Assembly: GCA_944320495.1 (NCBI GenBank)
Contig: CALUHR010000013.1
Location: forward strand, 224,001 to 288,000
DNA: 64,000 nucleotides
Direction of reading: 5' to 3'
Source: Candidatus Methanomethylophilaceae archaeon
GTDB lineage: Archaea > Thermoplasmatota > Thermoplasmata > Methanomassiliicoccales > Methanomethylophilaceae
Program-made: the position numbers and the translations under genes
The notes under the pieces: generated by a model
Database searches by the model: none
The model's input: only the letters and a program-made list of their open reading frames with translations
Told to the model about the DNA's origin: nothing
Shown: piece after piece, positions 61,039 to 64,000 of the stretch
How positions within the stretch are numbered: position 1 is the first letter of the stretch
How the letters are laid out: each line of letters opens with the position of its first letter

Positions 61039-61926
61039 ATGCACTGGCGTCTAAGGACAGCGGCCATGTTCGTGGCGATGACCGGCATACTCGTGGTCGT
61101 CGGCACGGTAGTGGGCTCGTTGCTCGGGAACTGGACGATGGGACTGCTCGCGATGTTCGCGGTGTCGGTCATCTTCAACCTCTACACATACTTCTTCTCC
61201 AAGAAGTGCGCCCTCAGGGCCAACAAGGTCAGGCTCGTCACGAGGGAGCAGGAGCCCAGGCTCTACGGCATCGTGGAGAACCTGGCCATGAAAGCGGGGC
61301 TCCCCATGCCGGAGGTCGGCGTCTCCGAGGTGCCCATGCCCAACGCGTTCGCCACCGGCAGGAATCCCAAGGACGCGGCCGTCGTGGCCACCCGTCCCCT
61401 GCTCAACCTCCTCACCGACGAGGAGCTCGAGGGCGTCATGGCGCACGAGCTCTCCCACGTGAAGAACAGGGACATCCTCGTCATGTCGGTCGCATCCCTG
61501 ATGGCCTCCCTCGTCGCCTACGTCACGAGGATCGCCGTCTGGTCCACGATGTTCAGCGACGAGAGGAACGGTGCCAGCATGCTCCTCGTGCTGCTTGCCG
61601 ACATAACCCTGCCCATCGCGGCCATGCTCGTGCAGCTGGGTGTCTCCAGGAACAGGGAGTACCTCGCCGACGAGACCGGCGCGAGGATGACCGGCAAGCC
61701 CATGGCGCTGGCCAGCGCCCTCACGAAGATCGAGGGCGGATGCAGCTCCAGGGCGAACAACTACGACAACCCCTCGTACGAGAGCGTGTGGATCTCCAAC
61801 CCCCTCGGGAGCAGGAAGGCCAGCGGGCTGATCAACCTCTTCAGGACCCACCCGACCACCCCCGACAGGATCGCCAGGCTGAAGGCCCTGGACGAGGAGA
61901 TCAACGGCGTAAGGCACGTGCTCTGA
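61039..61926 (+). CDS. htpX: Zinc metalloprotease HtpX (M48)
   Basis: PNAFATGRNP, HELSH, SRNREYLAD and THP motifs. Confidence 0.95.
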   Translation: MHWRLRTAAMFVAMTGILVVVGTVVGSLLGNWTMGLLAMFAVSVIFNLYTYFFSKKCALRANKVRLVTREQEPRLYGIVENLAMKAGLPMPEVGVSEVPMPNAFATGRNPKDAAVVATRPLLNLLTDEELEGVMAHELSHVKNRDILVMSVASLMASLVAYVTRIAVWSTMFSDERNGASMLLVLLADITLPIAAMLVQLGVSRNREYLADETGARMTGKPMALASALTKIEGGCSSRANNYDNPSYESVWISNPLGSRKASGLINLFRTHPTTPDRIARLKALDEEINGVRHVL

Positions 61927-62011
61927 GGTCTCCGTCCGAGGCCGTAAACCCTTTCCGTTGTCCTTAAGTCGGGACTGGACATGGGGTTCGTTTTCTTTTC
62001 CATATGGGCCT

Positions 62012-62052
62012 CCGGAACCTTCACAATGGAAAAACCCGGAACCTTCACAATG
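62012..62052. repeat. 17-bp direct repeat, two copies
   Basis: CCGGAACCTTCACAATG at 62012-62028 and 62036-62052, upstream of the AAA ATPase. Confidence 0.8.
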
Positions 62053-62094
62053 TATATCTATAATTGATTGCGTTATTCCAAACCGTGAGCCCCA

Positions 62095-63366
62095 ATGGTC
62101 ATCAGATACATGCCAAGGACTGCCGATGCGGAGCTGAACCTCGATATGGAGGCAATGGGCGCGGTGCTGATAACTGGTCCTAAATGGTGTGGTAAGACGA
62201 CGACGGCCATGCAGGTCGCCAAGAGCGTGGTCAATGTCGACGATCTCATCATGGACGTTCGGACCAGCGGGATCGAGGAGATAGCTCCAGAGTCGCTTCT
62301 CAGGGGGGAGAGGCCTCATCTCATCGATGAATGGCAGCTCGCTCCCAAGGTGTGGGACCTCGTGAGGAGGGAGGTCGATTCTTCGGGTGAGACGGGGGCG
62401 TTCATACTCACGGGGTCCACGGCGACAGATTTCCGCAAGGTCGTCCATTCAGGTACCGGACGCATAGGGCGTCTTCACATGCGCACCATGAGCCTGTACG
62501 AGAGCGGCGACTCATCTGGGGACGTCAGTCTCGGCTCGCTGTTCCGGACGGGTGACGAAGGCATATCCGGTTATTCCGACTGCGATGCGGAATGCATAGC
62601 GAGGCTGCTGACCCGTGGGGGTTGGCCAGCGGCTATCGGCAAATCGGAGGCGGCGGCCCAGAGGATCGTGGAGGCGTACTGTGAGTCCATGATAGAGGGC
62701 GACGTCAGGTGGCCGGACGGGCACAGGCACAGCCCCGAGAAGATGAGGGCTGTCCTGTCATCGTTGGCGAGGAACAGTGCAACGTCCGCATCACGCTCGA
62801 AGATCCTGGAGGATGTGGAGGGCCACGGGGTCAGGATGCACGAGAACACCTTGGACAACTATATCCGTGATCTGAAGAAGACGTTCGTGATAGAGAACCT
62901 GGATGCCTGGTGCCCGAAGCTCCGTTCCAAGACGTCGGTCAACAGCTCTCCCACGAGACATCTCACGGACCCGGCCATAGCAGCCTGGATGCTGGACGCG
63001 CATCCGGAGGACCTGCTCTCGGACCTCGAGACGTTCGGTCTCCTGTTCGAGTCCATGGCGGTACGCGACCTGAGGTCCTACGCCCAAGCCATAGGGGGAA
63101 AGGTCCATCATTACAGGGACTCCGAGGGCCTGGAGTCCGACACTATAATCCATCTGAACAACGGCAGGTGGGCGGCAGTGGAGATCAAGCTCGGCTCGGA
63201 GGCCGGCATAGAGTCCGGTGCGAAGAGCCTCAGGTCCCTCGAGAGGAAGGTCGATGGGGCGTACCGTAACAAGCTGGCCTTCAAGGCGATAGTGACGGCG
63301 ACCAAGGCGGCCTATACCCGCGACGACGGCATCCACGTCGTTCCGTTGGCATGCCTCAGGCCGTGA
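62095..63366 (+). CDS. AAA+ ATP-binding protein with DUF4143 (COG1373-like)
   Basis: GPKWCGKTT, LIDEWQ, FILTGS, LFESMAVRDLR and a C-terminal ESD...EIKLG nuclease-like motif. Confidence 0.9.
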   Translation: MVIRYMPRTADAELNLDMEAMGAVLITGPKWCGKTTTAMQVAKSVVNVDDLIMDVRTSGIEEIAPESLLRGERPHLIDEWQLAPKVWDLVRREVDSSGETGAFILTGSTATDFRKVVHSGTGRIGRLHMRTMSLYESGDSSGDVSLGSLFRTGDEGISGYSDCDAECIARLLTRGGWPAAIGKSEAAAQRIVEAYCESMIEGDVRWPDGHRHSPEKMRAVLSSLARNSATSASRSKILEDVEGHGVRMHENTLDNYIRDLKKTFVIENLDAWCPKLRSKTSVNSSPTRHLTDPAIAAWMLDAHPEDLLSDLETFGLLFESMAVRDLRSYAQAIGGKVHHYRDSEGLESDTIIHLNNGRWAAVEIKLGSEAGIESGAKSLRSLERKVDGAYRNKLAFKAIVTATKAAYTRDDGIHVVPLACLRP

Positions 63367-63369
63367 GCG

Positions 63370-64000
63370 TCACTTCACGGGCTCCCACTTGGCGAGCTCG
63401 TTGACCTTGGACAGGGTCGATCCGCGCTCGATCTCCTCGCGGGTCCTGTTCTCCCTCTCGTGGACGTCTAGCGCGCGGTTCGCGACCTCGACGGCCATCT
63501 CCTTGGGGATGACGATGATGCCGCTCTCGTCGCCGACGATCCAGTCGCCGGTGCGGACCCTCTGTCCTCCCACGATGATCTCGATACCGATGCCGCCGTA
63601 GCCCTTCGGCTCCCCGGCGCAAGGCGCGACGGTGCGCGAGAATGCGGGGAACCCGAGGTCCCTGATGTCGTCGATGTCCCTGACGGCGCCGTCGATGACC
63701 ACGCCGCGGACGCCCATGACCATCGCCGAGTGGGCGGCGAGCTCGCCCCAGACGGCTACGGGCGCCCCTCCGACGTCGATGACGATCACGTCCCCGTCCT
63801 TCGCCCTGTCGATGGCCTCCACGGGCTTCGCCCAGTCGCCGTTGGCCGTCTGGACGGTGAGCGCCCTGCCGACCATCTTCTGCTTATGTTTGAGGGACTG
63901 TGGGACTATGCCGAACATGACGCCCTGCTTGTGGAAGGCGTCGGAGATGTTGCAGGTGGAGACCCTCGAGAAGGCCTCGAACAGGTCCTCTTCGGAATAT
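63370..64000 (-). CDS. RraA/HMG-aldolase-like domain, probably the C-terminal half of an HPS-RraA fusion (5' end outside the window)
   Basis: STCNISDA, GRALTV, AVWGEL, IDGAVRD and GDWIVGDESG motifs; the frame stays open to the window end. Confidence 0.82.
   Translation of the reverse strand, partial: YSEEDLFEAFSRVSTCNISDAFHKQGVMFGIVPQSLKHKQKMVGRALTVQTANGDWAKPVEAIDRAKDGDVIVIDVGGAPVAVWGELAAHSAMVMGVRGVVIDGAVRDIDDIRDLGFPAFSRTVAPCAGEPKGYGGIGIEIIVGGQRVRTGDWIVGDESGIIVIPKEMAVEVANRALDVHERENRTREEIERGSTLSKVNELAKWEPVK

Overview
GC-rich archaeal chromosome segment with about 70 genes. The gene content points to Methanomassiliicoccales (Thermoplasmata; inference): class I LysRS, PolD small subunit, homodimeric EndA, an A1Ao ATP synthase operon, TiaS, Cdc6/Orc1 with ORB boxes, secE-spt5-rpl11 and rpl1-rpl10-rpl12, an HSR1-cdc48-hsp20 heat-shock operon, and purine/CoA/SAM housekeeping genes. 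The main result is evidence for a non-standard genetic code. Seventeen genes, including priS, atpC, purE and gar1, have a CGA codon at or next to the point where the recognisable protein ends. Nine of them otherwise run 150-1400 nt into neighbouring genes. In more than 20 genes read codon by codon, I found only one internal in-frame CGA (atpH codon 3). No gene here ends in TAG, and one gene (tatD-like) has an in-frame TAG. The working hypothesis is that TAA, TGA and CGA are stops and TAG is sense (pyrrolysine). Coordinates of affected CDSs below end at the CGA; the standard-code ORF end is given in the evidence. Other points of interest: a degenerate FtsZ paralogue, Spt5 with an N-terminal extension, a DDE-degenerate IS1634-like protein, tandem archaeal and bacterial GMP synthase B subunits, a split rpl11/rpl1 operon with a candidate L1-binding leader, and a probable replication origin with a perfect 32-bp inverted ORB pair around cdc6.
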